Shown in pieces: positions 39,972 to 49,237 of a DNA stretch of 64,000 nt. Each line of letters opens with the position of its first letter. Within the stretch, counting starts at the first letter, position 1. This DNA comes from Armatimonadota bacterium (GTDB taxonomy: Bacteria; Armatimonadota; SYMT01): contig JAWLHY010000001.1 in NCBI GenBank assembly GCA_041690135.1, positions 64,001-128,000 on the forward strand, written 5' to 3'. Position numbers and translations under genes: made by a program. The notes below the pieces were generated by a model, which saw only the letters and a list, made by a program, of their open reading frames with translations, was not told the origin of the DNA and did no database searches.

Positions 39972-40833
39972 CCGGGCCTGTCTCGGCTGACATCCCGGGA
40001 GCCGATTCGCCCGTCTCGTCTGACGCGATTCTCGTCCGGGCTGACATGCCGTCCGTCCCGCCTGACACGAGACTCGCCCCGATTGACACCGGCGCCCCGA
40101 GATTCCGGGCTCGTCTCCGCTGACATGGGAGAATCGCGAATCGGCCTTTCGTCCCGCCTGACACCCGTGTACCCTCCGGATTCACTCGTCCCGATTGACA
40201 CTCTCGATTCACACGAAACCGCTGGAGACCTGGATTTCGTAGGGTGCATATCGTTCTAAGCGGAGCCTTCCGGTCTTCCGGGGACTCCCACTCGTCCTGA
40301 CTGACATTCGGATAGAAGAATTGGCCACAAAAACTCCTCTCAACTGTGGAGCGTCTGATAGTGGGGAGGGTCACTTCCCCGGGCACTGCCGAGTTGAGAG
40401 CACGCCGTGGGCGACTGCGAGAAGGGGTTGTGTCAGTTGAGACGAGAGGGGGTGTGGGGTGCGGTCCGACCAGTGGAGCGACGGATGTCAATCGAGACGA
40501 GGGGGGCCGCATGCGCTCTGAAGTGTCAATGGAGACGAGGGTCCGCGGACCGGGCGATCCGCATTCGCATTCGGTTATTGCCCACATCGGGCGCCTGCTG
40601 GTCATGGAACAGCGGATTTTGGCCGAAATCCGGGTGGAAATTCCGCGGACCGGGCGACCCGGAAAAAAGTTGCTGCGTGGGAATCCGGTGGGCGGAGGGT
40701 AGTCTACGATTCGCACGAATCGGGACGGGCGCTAAAAGGTCCTTAAATCGGCTCCGGACGCGTTTCGGCAGTGGGGGCATGGGTGCTTCCGCACCGGCTC
40801 CGGCGGACAACCGGCGGTGTCAGATGAGACGAG
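39955..40833. promoter_or_regulatory. Iteron-like array / putative replication origin: 14 copies of CTCGTC-N5-TGACA
   Basis: Direct copies (some with 1-2 mismatches) at 39955, 39977, 40010, 40031, 40052, 40073, 40110, 40148, 40185, 40291; inverted copies at 40431, 40486, 40524, 40818. Confidence 0.85.
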
Positions 40834-41277
40834 GACGAGAGACCTTCAGGCATTCGGCACTCATGCACTCGGGTGTTCAGGCAATCAGGCGATCGGGCAA
40901 TGAAAACGGTAGTCATGGCAAGGAGCGATAGACCCGCAGCAACTTCCCTGAACCGGATGAGCCTTCCGCCGAAGCACCAAACCTATTGAACTAGCCCCTG
41001 TAAGCGACGTGAGTCTACCCGGCGAAGCTAGGGCCAGCCCCCTGGTCAGGGCACCCGTCCTTACTCGGGACTCTTTATCCCTATCCTCTCGATCCTGATT
41101 CACCACGCTCCCTGGTCAGGGCAGTCGTCCTGGGTCAGGGCTCCTTATCCTAATCCTCGTCTTCATCCTCATCGCCAAAGGCCCGAGGAGGAAGTTGCGG
41201 TCTGGGGCTGCAAGTGCTAGCAAGAGAAGCGGCGGATCCCCGCCGGTGTGTCCTCTTTTCCTCGCGAGGAGTTGCCG

Positions 41278-43035
41278 ATGTCGTCCTGGAAGTTTTGTGC
41301 TCTGCTCCTGGCCGGCGGTGTGCTGGCCCTGACGGCTGGTCCTTCGGAGGGGCAGAATGCCGCCTCGGCACTGCCGAAGGTGGTGCTCGTGGGCGATTCG
41401 ATCCGGCTGGGCTACGCACCCGTGGTGGCGGAGCGTCTCAAGGGCAAGGTGACGATCGTCAGTCCCGAGCCGAATGGGGGAGACAGCGCCAACGTCCTCA
41501 AGAATCTGGAAGCCTGGGTGATCCGAGAGAAGCCCCAGTTGGTCCATCTGAACTGTGGATTGCACGACCTGAAGCTGCTACAGGCCACGAAGAAGCACCA
41601 GGTGGAGCCGGACAGTTACCGGGCCAACCTGCGCGAGATCGTGGGCCGCATTCGCGGCGCGGGGATCCCGGGGCTGGTCTTTGCCAATACCACGCCGATC
41701 CTGGACGACCGGCACGCAAAGCGGGGAGCGAACTTCGACCGCTTCGAAGCGGATGTCGTCCAGTACAACCGGACCGCGCAGGAAGTGATGGACGAGCTGG
41801 GAGTGCCGGTCCATGACCTGCACGGCCTGGTGCATCATGCGGGCGCCGGGAAGCTCCTGCTGAAGGACGGCACCCATTACACCCCCGAGGGGAGCCGGCT
41901 GCTGGGTGAGGCGGTGGCGGACTGCATCCTCCGTCAACTGGCGATCAACAAGCCGAGAGCTCTCTCCACACCCCGGTCGGGCGCGGAGGCCGCGGCCGCG
42001 TACCGGGAGCAGGAAGCCAGGCGTGATGCGGTGGTCCCGGAGGCGTACCGGAACGTGAAGGTGGGCCAGTTCGTGCCACCGGCGAGCAACAAAGAGTGGA
42101 AGAGCCGCCGGGCGGACGTGTATCGCAAGGTCGTCGACTCCCTGGGCGATCTGCCGCCGCGCCCTTCACCGCAGAAGATCCGCCTGGTCTCCCGGGAGAT
42201 CCGCCAGGGATATACGGTCGATCGGGTGGCCATCGATAATGGCGTGGACAACGAGGTGTCGGCGCTCCTCCTGGTTCCGCAGGGATTGAAGAAGCCGGCT
42301 CCGGCCGTGATGTGGCTTCACTCCAGCACCCCGGATAAGAACCAGATCCTGCAGCCTAACACCTTCTGGGGCGAGGAGCCGCTGGGGGAGACCCTGGTGA
42401 AGGCGGGGTACGTGGTCCTCTCGCCCGACGCCTACTGGCACGGAAACCGCGCGGGGACGGGTCCCTCCGGTTCCCTGGAAACCCTGCGGGAAGAGCAGGA
42501 GAGCCTGTTCAAGTTCCACCTCTGGATGGGGCGGACGCTGTGGGGGATGTTCGTCCGCGACGACCAGATCGCGCTCGACTACCTGTGCAGCCGCCCGGAG
42601 GTGGATAAGACCCGAATCGGTGTGACCGGGATGAGCATGGGCAGCACCCGGGCGTGGTGGCTGGCGGCGGTGGACGAACGGGTGAAAGTCCCGGTCGCCA
42701 TTGCGTGCATGACGCGCTACCAGAACCTGATCCGGCACGGTCAGCTCCGGGCGCACGGGATCTACTACTTCACCAACGGCCTGCTCAAGCACTTCGACAC
42801 GGAAGGGGTGCTCTCCCTGATCGCCCCACGGCCCTTCCTGATCCTCACGGGAGAACTGGACCACGGATCCCCCGCCGACGGGATCCGCGATCTGGAGAAG
42901 CCGGTCAGCCGGACTTACACCGCGTTAGGCGCGGCGGATCGCTTCCGGAACGTGCTCTACCCGGAAGTGGGCCACACCGTGACCCCCGCGATGCGCGCCG
43001 AGATGCTGGCGTGGTTCGAAAAGTGGTTGAAGTAG
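41278..43035 (+). CDS. Secreted SGNH/GDSL esterase fused to an alpha/beta (dienelactone hydrolase-like) domain
   Basis: LVGDSI, NCGLHD, DGTHY; GMSMG, GELD, VGH. Confidence 0.9.
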   Translation: MSSWKFCALLLAGGVLALTAGPSEGQNAASALPKVVLVGDSIRLGYAPVVAERLKGKVTIVSPEPNGGDSANVLKNLEAWVIREKPQLVHLNCGLHDLKLLQATKKHQVEPDSYRANLREIVGRIRGAGIPGLVFANTTPILDDRHAKRGANFDRFEADVVQYNRTAQEVMDELGVPVHDLHGLVHHAGAGKLLLKDGTHYTPEGSRLLGEAVADCILRQLAINKPRALSTPRSGAEAAAAYREQEARRDAVVPEAYRNVKVGQFVPPASNKEWKSRRADVYRKVVDSLGDLPPRPSPQKIRLVSREIRQGYTVDRVAIDNGVDNEVSALLLVPQGLKKPAPAVMWLHSSTPDKNQILQPNTFWGEEPLGETLVKAGYVVLSPDAYWHGNRAGTGPSGSLETLREEQESLFKFHLWMGRTLWGMFVRDDQIALDYLCSRPEVDKTRIGVTGMSMGSTRAWWLAAVDERVKVPVAIACMTRYQNLIRHGQLRAHGIYYFTNGLLKHFDTEGVLSLIAPRPFLILTGELDHGSPADGIRDLEKPVSRTYTALGAADRFRNVLYPEVGHTVTPAMRAEMLAWFEKWLK

Positions 43036-43091
43036 GGGGTTGGGGGCCAGGGTTCGGGGGCCAAAGTTGCCCCTTGGGAGGCGCGGCTGCG

Positions 43092-43808
43092 ATGACACGC
43101 ACGATCAGGTTGGGAGTGGTGCTGGCGGCGCTTTGCTCCGTGCCGCTGGCGGCGCAAGGGCCGGTGAAGATCCGGCCGGTCAAGCCGCTCCAATCGGCCC
43201 GCGCCGATCTGAACGGGGATGGAAAACCGGAAGATATCCGGCTGTACCGGAAGAAGGAGCCCTCGGAGTTCGACCTAGTGATCAACGGTAAGGTCCGGGT
43301 CGGCGATCGTCTCGATGGGGAGATCGACCGGTTCGAGATCGTGGACATCGACCGGAGTGACCGGTTCCGCGAGGTGGCGGTCCATACGGAAGGTCCCAGC
43401 GATGACGACCAGTATCTCCATTTCTGGTATGATGGCGTGCGCTTGCAGAAGAGTGGTTTGCTGCAACGCTGGCCGAAATACCTGGGGAACGGCATCGTGC
43501 TGGTCGAGCAGTGGGAAGGGTTCTGGGGCAGCCAGAACAAGTACGTGCTGGGCAAGAATCACACTCTGGCGGAGGTACCGCAGGAACTCTACGCAGTCGA
43601 TTGTACCGCCACGGTTCGTCGTCCTCTCGGTCTCTTGCAGCGCCGGAATGGGACTCCACTCGCAAACCTGCGGGTGGGTAGCCAGATCACCGTGTTGCTG
43701 GGAGATAAGAAAGGCTGGTACCTGGTGCAGTCGGAGAACGACCTGGTGGGGTGGGTCAAAGAAGAGAATCTGCTGGCTACTGTAGAGGGTCTTCCGATTG
43801 CGGACTAG
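43092..43808 (+). CDS. Secreted hypothetical protein with a C-terminal SH3-like domain
   Basis: Signal peptide, DLNGDGKPE, GWYLV...GWV; GGAGG RBS. Confidence 0.7.
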   Translation: MTRTIRLGVVLAALCSVPLAAQGPVKIRPVKPLQSARADLNGDGKPEDIRLYRKKEPSEFDLVINGKVRVGDRLDGEIDRFEIVDIDRSDRFREVAVHTEGPSDDDQYLHFWYDGVRLQKSGLLQRWPKYLGNGIVLVEQWEGFWGSQNKYVLGKNHTLAEVPQELYAVDCTATVRRPLGLLQRRNGTPLANLRVGSQITVLLGDKKGWYLVQSENDLVGWVKEENLLATVEGLPIAD

Positions 43809-43817
43809 GGTAGTCTG

Positions 43818-44567
43818 GTGACCACACACGTATTCTCGTGGATAGCGGGTTTCGGGTGGACGGTCATGCCGGCCCGCGGGCCCTATATGATCGAGCGGGT
43901 TCCCGGCCAGGCGCGGACGCTGCGAGTACTGTGCGGCGAGGACGATCCACCGAAGGAGGCGGTCGTCACAATCACGGAGGACGGCGAGAGCTGGAACGCC
44001 ACCCCCGTGCCGATCACCGGCGTGGTGGCCGACGTATTCGACGTGCTGGAAGGGGCCGCGGAGCCTGGCTCGACGCATGGGGCCCGTTATGACGATTGGC
44101 GGGTCGAGACCTCGGTCTTCTCGATCTGCTGGCCGGAAGATTTTGCCCTCCAGTCCCTCCCGGGTACCACGCCGCCTGTCTTCGAACTGGTCGGTCCGGA
44201 GGAGTCCCGCATCACCATCCAGGGCCCGCTTCCCGGCAGCCGGCTCCCGCGCCTGCAGGAAATGGTGGCGCCGGGGCAGACCTTGCTGCGCGTAACGCGG
44301 GTGGAAGCCGGCCCCATGGTCGAGGCCGCCTACTCCCACGAGGGGGAGGCGTGGCGGCAACTCCACTGCGTGGTCCGCTGGCCAGGCAAGGTGGAAGCTC
44401 CCCGGCGCCCCCTGGGGGCCACCGTTCGGCAATGGATCACCGGTCGCCGCGCGACTGAGGAGTCCGTGTACGTGGCAGTGGTGACCGCCCAGACCCCCCT
44501 GACCCAGGTGGACCCGGTCCGTGCGGCCGTGGAGGCCATCGCGGCCTCCATCACCCCCCAGGCATAG
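43818..44567 (+). CDS. Hypothetical protein
   Basis: 249-aa ORF tightly following the previous gene, with GC3-rich codons. Confidence 0.6.
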   Translation: MTTHVFSWIAGFGWTVMPARGPYMIERVPGQARTLRVLCGEDDPPKEAVVTITEDGESWNATPVPITGVVADVFDVLEGAAEPGSTHGARYDDWRVETSVFSICWPEDFALQSLPGTTPPVFELVGPEESRITIQGPLPGSRLPRLQEMVAPGQTLLRVTRVEAGPMVEAAYSHEGEAWRQLHCVVRWPGKVEAPRRPLGATVRQWITGRRATEESVYVAVVTAQTPLTQVDPVRAAVEAIAASITPQA

Positions 44568-44694
44568 CGGCCCGGACCCGGACCGATTCACCACGGAGCC
44601 ACAGAGACACGGAGAAGATCACGGAGAGGGAAAGAGGGGAAAGGGAGTGAGCCCGCCATGCCTATCCGCAATGTAGGAGCACAGGCGGTGCGTC

Positions 44695-45006
44695 AACCTT
44701 TAGCCACAGAGGGGCCGGATCGCGTCCCGCTAAACCGTACCCTCCCTGAATGTCCGGGTTCCCAACCTTTAGCCCCCGAGGGGGTTCCAACCCCTGGCCC
44801 CCGAGGGGGGCTTCCAACTTTTAGCCCCCGAGGGCGGCCGCAACTCCGATCCCGGTAGTGCCAAACTCTAGCCCCCGCGGGGGGCCGCACTCGCGCTGAA
44901 CCCCAGGGTTCGTAACCTTCAACCCCTGGCCCCCGAGGGGGGCTTCAACCTTCCAACTTGCCAACCCTGATCCCGTCCCGCCAAACTTTAGCCCCCGCGG
45001 GGGGCC
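44695..45006. repeat. Cluster of about 7 REP-like palindromic repeats (AAC-Y3/4-TRGCCCCCG(A/C)GGGGG)
   Basis: Copies near 44695, 44764, 44789, 44816, 44864, 44921, 44984; related copies near 16848 and 35399. Confidence 0.8.
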
Positions 45007-45015
45007 GTACCCCGA

Positions 45016-46710
45016 TTACGGTGCAAATGGGAAGAATGTGGCTCCGATCAGGGTGACGAGGAGGCCTACCACGCCCATGGAGGCGGTGAGGGGGGTGATG
45101 TAGCGGAGACCTTCCACTTCGGTCATGCCGCTCATCTTGGTGATCACCCAGAAGCCGCTGTCGTTCATCCAGGCGATCGGCTTGGAGCCGCAGCCGATGG
45201 CGAGGGCGAGGTAGACGGGGTGGAAGCCGAGCCCCTGGCCTGCGAGACCGGAGAGCACGCCGACGGCCGTGATCATGGCGACCGTCGCGGAGCCCTGGGC
45301 TGTGCGGATGGCGGTGGTGATCAGGAACGCGAGGGTGATCAGGATGGCCGGCGAGCTGCGGGGCAGCTCGTTGATGAGACTGGCGACCCCGGTCTGCTGC
45401 AGCACGGCGCCGAACGCGCCACCCGCGGCCGTAATCAGGATGATTTCCCCGCCGCTCATAAGCGAGGAGCGTACGGAAGCGCTGAGTTCCTCTCGGGAGG
45501 TGCGGCGCTTCCACACGAGGGTGGCCATGGCAATCAGCGCGGCGATGATCAATGCGATGTTCTTATCGCTGAGGGCGTCGGTCCAGGGACGCTGCGCGGG
45601 AGAGGCCTCCCAGCCGGTCGCTTCCATGATCGTGAACCCGCCCAGGAGAACGACGGGAAGCAGGATCGGCACCAGGGAGAGCCAGGTGGGGGGAAGCTCC
45701 GCGTCCGTCCGCTGGGAGATCTTCTCCAACTCCGCCAGCGAGAGGTCCGCCGAGTCCCGCAGCGGCAGGTTGTGGCGGCGGTTGAGGAACTGGGCGAAGA
45801 AGTACCCGAAGGTACTGGTGAAGAGGCCGACGATGGTGCCGCCCAGGATCATGGTCCCGATGTCGACGTTGAGCTGCTCGGCTACCAGCAGGGGTCCTGG
45901 GGTGGGCGGGACCAGCGAGTGGGCCATGGTGCCGCCGGCGACGATGGTGAGCACGAACAGCAGGTAGTTCTTGCCCGAGCGCATCCCCATCGCCTTGCCC
46001 AGGGGGATCATCAGGTAAAAGACGGTGTCGAAGAACACGGGGACGGCCAGCAGAAATCCGCTGAGGAGGAATGCCACGGGGGCGCCCCGCTCGCCGGTGA
46101 CGCGCAGGGCCGAGCGGACCACGCGGTCCGCGGCGCCGCTATCCAGCAGGCACTTGCCGATGATGGAGGCCATGGCGATCAGGATGCCGATGCTGGCGCA
46201 GGTGCTGCCGAACCCGGCGGCGATCCGTTCTCCCACGTTCTGGCCCGCCAGCCGGCGCGCGGACCGGAGCGCCATCGGATGGATCACGAAATCCCCGCTG
46301 AGCGGGACGACGCCCCCTGCGCCACGAAGCGTGGCCACGGCGCGCTGCGTCGTCTTGCCGGCGCTGTCGGTCGCTTCCTCGAACCGCTCGATCTGGAGGT
46401 CCGCCACCGGCTGGAACCGCCCCGAGGCGGGATCGGTGCGCACGACCTGGTAGAGCATTCCGGGCCGCGCACCCTGTTTCTCCGTAAGTCGCAGGGTCAC
46501 TTCGCGAGAGGCGGCATCCGAGGAATACACCCGCACGGCGTCTTTGCGCACTGCGGCCCGCTCGATGGCGGCACTGGGAGTGAGAGCCCCCACGACCAGA
46601 GCGCCGAGGAGCAGGGCGAGGAAGGCGTGCAGCCGCAGGGCGAGCACCCCTCCCACGACCACCGTCACGCCAATCAGAAGAATGCCAAGAATGCCTACGG
46701 TCGAATCCAT
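45016..46710 (-). CDS. GntP family (gluconate:H+ symporter-like) permease with an inserted soluble domain
   Basis: LHAFLALL, IGKCLLDSGAAD, PVFFD, LVPPTPGP, AQGSATVA, WMNDSGFW. Confidence 0.92.
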   Translation of the reverse strand: MDSTVGILGILLIGVTVVVGGVLALRLHAFLALLLGALVVGALTPSAAIERAAVRKDAVRVYSSDAASREVTLRLTEKQGARPGMLYQVVRTDPASGRFQPVADLQIERFEEATDSAGKTTQRAVATLRGAGGVVPLSGDFVIHPMALRSARRLAGQNVGERIAAGFGSTCASIGILIAMASIIGKCLLDSGAADRVVRSALRVTGERGAPVAFLLSGFLLAVPVFFDTVFYLMIPLGKAMGMRSGKNYLLFVLTIVAGGTMAHSLVPPTPGPLLVAEQLNVDIGTMILGGTIVGLFTSTFGYFFAQFLNRRHNLPLRDSADLSLAELEKISQRTDAELPPTWLSLVPILLPVVLLGGFTIMEATGWEASPAQRPWTDALSDKNIALIIAALIAMATLVWKRRTSREELSASVRSSLMSGGEIILITAAGGAFGAVLQQTGVASLINELPRSSPAILITLAFLITTAIRTAQGSATVAMITAVGVLSGLAGQGLGFHPVYLALAIGCGSKPIAWMNDSGFWVITKMSGMTEVEGLRYITPLTASMGVVGLLVTLIGATFFPFAP

Positions 46711-47211
46711 GCCGCTCCCTTTTGTTTCCGGTTGCGCGGGGCCGGGTACGGATGCACCCGAATCCACCCTCTGTGCCTGAATCCGTTCGGCGCACGCACG
46801 TCGGATTCATTCCGGGGGACATTCAGGGCCTCTGTTGGCCGTGTTGAAAGAGGAACGCAATCCACGGATCCCTACGGGGCGGGAAAGGGGAGCCACAGAT
46901 TGCACAGATTGGAAGGGATGAAGAGAAAGAGCGAGGCAGCAGGGATGCGGCGTCAGGCCGGCAGAGCCGTAACGGATGAGGGCGTCATCACGGAGCACAC
47001 GGGGCATGGGTGTCTCTCTGCCGGCTGAACGCTGGGAAAGGATGGGGAAGACGGGTTTCCGGTTCACGATACCCGGACGAATGCCCTCCGGGACGGTTTA
47101 GCGGTGGGAGGTCGCCACACGAAAGGGAATAGCGCAAGGGCCCTTGCCGGGCCCGCAAGACCGAGATGGGCCACCCAGGTGGACCTGGAGTGGGGTCAGA
47201 AGAAGGTGGAG

Positions 47212-47979
47212 ATGAGTGAGCGCGAGCCGACGCCGTTTGACGATGCGGAGCTTTACGACCGGCTCTTCGGCGATTTCGATTACGGGATCGACTACTACGT
47301 CGAGCAGGCGCGGGCGGTGGATGGACCGGTCCTCGACCTCTGCTGCGGCACGGGGCGGGTGCTGCTGCCGCTGCTGCGGGCGGGGGTGGACGCCGACGGG
47401 GTGGACGGCTTCCCCGCCATGCTGGAGGTGGCTCGGCGGAAGGCGGCGGCGGAAGGATTCACGCCGAGCCTGGAGCTTTCCGACATGCGGGGGTTCCGGC
47501 TCCCGCGCCGGTACGCGCTAATCGTGATCCCGTTCAACTCGATCGTCCACAACCTCACGGCCGAGGACCAACTCGCCACCCTGCGCACCTGCCGGGAACA
47601 CCTTCTGCCGGGCGGACGGCTGGTGTTCGACACCTTCTTCCCCGGCGCCGAGTGGTTTGCGCAGCCGCAGGGGGAGCCGCAGTTCGAGCACGAGATTCCG
47701 CACCCCGAAACGGGCCTGCCGGTGCAGGTCTACGATACCCGGACCCTCGACCCCGTCGCGCAGACCCAGCGCTCCGAGGTAGAGGTGCGGGAGTTGGGTC
47801 CGGAGGGCGAGGTGGTGCGGTCGCACCGGTCGTGGACGACGATCCGCTGGATCTTCAAGGCGGAGCTGGAGCTGCTGTTGCGGCTGGCCGGATACTCCCG
47901 CTGGGAGATCGTCCGCGGCTTCGACGGCGCACCGCTTACCGGGGCCACGGAGCCGATGCTGGTGACGGCCTGGGCATAA
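47212..47979 (+). CDS. Class I SAM-dependent methyltransferase
   Basis: VLDLCCGTGR, SDMR, HLLPGGRLVFD. Confidence 0.92.
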   Translation: MSEREPTPFDDAELYDRLFGDFDYGIDYYVEQARAVDGPVLDLCCGTGRVLLPLLRAGVDADGVDGFPAMLEVARRKAAAEGFTPSLELSDMRGFRLPRRYALIVIPFNSIVHNLTAEDQLATLRTCREHLLPGGRLVFDTFFPGAEWFAQPQGEPQFEHEIPHPETGLPVQVYDTRTLDPVAQTQRSEVEVRELGPEGEVVRSHRSWTTIRWIFKAELELLLRLAGYSRWEIVRGFDGAPLTGATEPMLVTAWA

Positions 47980-48167
47980 GGTACCGGATTCGCGACGGGA
48001 TGAAATCCGCGCCGCTCCCAAGCCCTCCGGGGTGCCTGCCTTCGCAGGCACCGAAGTCCTTGTTTCCGCTACGTTATTGCGGATAACCCGGATTGGGTAG
48101 TCTCGCCTTCGATTGGACCGAGAGCCGGATCTTGAGCGTATACCTGCGTTTCAGTGTGAACCGCGGG

Positions 48168-48410
48168 TTATTCGCCGAAGTTCGGCAGGTCGGTCCAGGA
48201 CTCGACCTGGGTGACGTGCCGCAGCCACTCTTCGAGCTGCTCCAGGCGGGCCTCGTTCTCGATCCGCCGGACCACGGCGGCGTCCGGCTCCCCAAACCGG
48301 GGCGTACCGACGAGCAGCAGCGCCCGTACCGCTTCCTTCAGTTGGCCTTCCACACGGCCTTCCATGCGGCCTTCTTCGAGGATAGCTTGATAGGTATCCG
48401 ACTCACGCAT
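48168..48410 (-). CDS. Isolated Rpn/YhgA-like (DUF4351-type) C-terminal domain; fragment or stand-alone small protein
   Basis: MRESDTYQAILEEGRMEGRVEG...RFGE...LEQLEEW...SWTDL. Confidence 0.65.
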   Translation of the reverse strand: MRESDTYQAILEEGRMEGRVEGQLKEAVRALLLVGTPRFGEPDAAVVRRIENEARLEQLEEWLRHVTQVESWTDLPNFGE

Positions 48411-48503
48411 AGCGGCAATACTCCATTCGCTGCAGGACCTCCGGCGATTCTGGGGACCGGGAATGCAGGGTTCGGCCTCCCCGCTCAATCATCGTGAGGA
48501 ACC

Positions 48504-48741
48504 AAATGTAGGGGCATCCGCTGTGGTTGCCCGGTGATGGGATTTGATGACCCCGTGCAAACACGTACCCGTGTTGAACGTGGGTCGGCGTGATGCGGCC
48601 GTCGTGCACAATAGTCACCAGGCGGATGCACATGACGACCGCGGTTCAATTCAACACGGTGGTCGCGCGGGCCAACGTCCCATTTTGCACGCGCTGATCA
48701 GCAACAGACCGAGGGCAACCAGGGCCGATGCCCCTACATTT
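48504..48741. mobile_element. REPIN/MITE-like element bounded by inverted GTAG-type REPs
   Basis: AAATGTAGGGGCATC-N5-TGGTTGCCC at 48504-48532 and its inverse at 48713-48741. Confidence 0.7.
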
Positions 48742-48771
48742 CCGATTGGCGGTGCGGCGGTAGTCAACCGA

Positions 48772-49230
48772 TCAGTCGGTGGTATCGGGGTTGGCGGCCT
48801 CCCAGAGCTGGCGGTCGCGACTCTTCTTCCCGCGGCCGGAGTGGGGTGGGGGGAGCTTGCCGCGCCACTCGGCCAGCTCCTCTTCCGTGAACTCGGGCGC
48901 GGGGGCGGGCGCCTTTTTGCGGCTGGAGCGGCTGCCACCGTTGGACTCCGGCGCGGGGGCTTCCTTCGCTTTCGCGGTGGAAGCCCGGGGCTCGGAGGCC
49001 GCGGTGGGCTTGCGACTCTTCTTGCGGCCGGCCTGGTCCGCATAGTGCTCCATGAGCTGCGTGTAGAGGTCTTCCTGCTCCGTAAGGTGCCGTTCGACCA
49101 TCCGGTGGAGCGCGTCGAACGTGACGCTCACGGTGATGGGGACCTCGATCTCGCGGTCGCCGATCGCCAGCCGGATCGGGAGCTCGAACTCACGGGTTTC
49201 GGCGGCAGGTGGATTGTCGTTGGTGGACAT
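48772..49230 (-). CDS. Hypothetical protein downstream of purA
   Basis: GGAGG RBS, 7 bp after the purA stop; acidic N-terminal domain and basic low-complexity tail. Confidence 0.7.
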   Translation of the reverse strand: MSTNDNPPAAETREFELPIRLAIGDREIEVPITVSVTFDALHRMVERHLTEQEDLYTQLMEHYADQAGRKKSRKPTAASEPRASTAKAKEAPAPESNGGSRSSRKKAPAPAPEFTEEELAEWRGKLPPPHSGRGKKSRDRQLWEAANPDTTD

Positions 49231-49237
49231 GGTGGGG

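Noticed and set aside
39955-40306. CRISPR array
   Set aside because: Repeats are 16 bp with a variable core, most spacers are only 5-22 bp, inverted copies exist and no cas genes are present; an iteron array fits better
39811-40931. ORFs over the iteron region
   Set aside because: Translations only reflect the DNA repeats; no RBS or domain evidence
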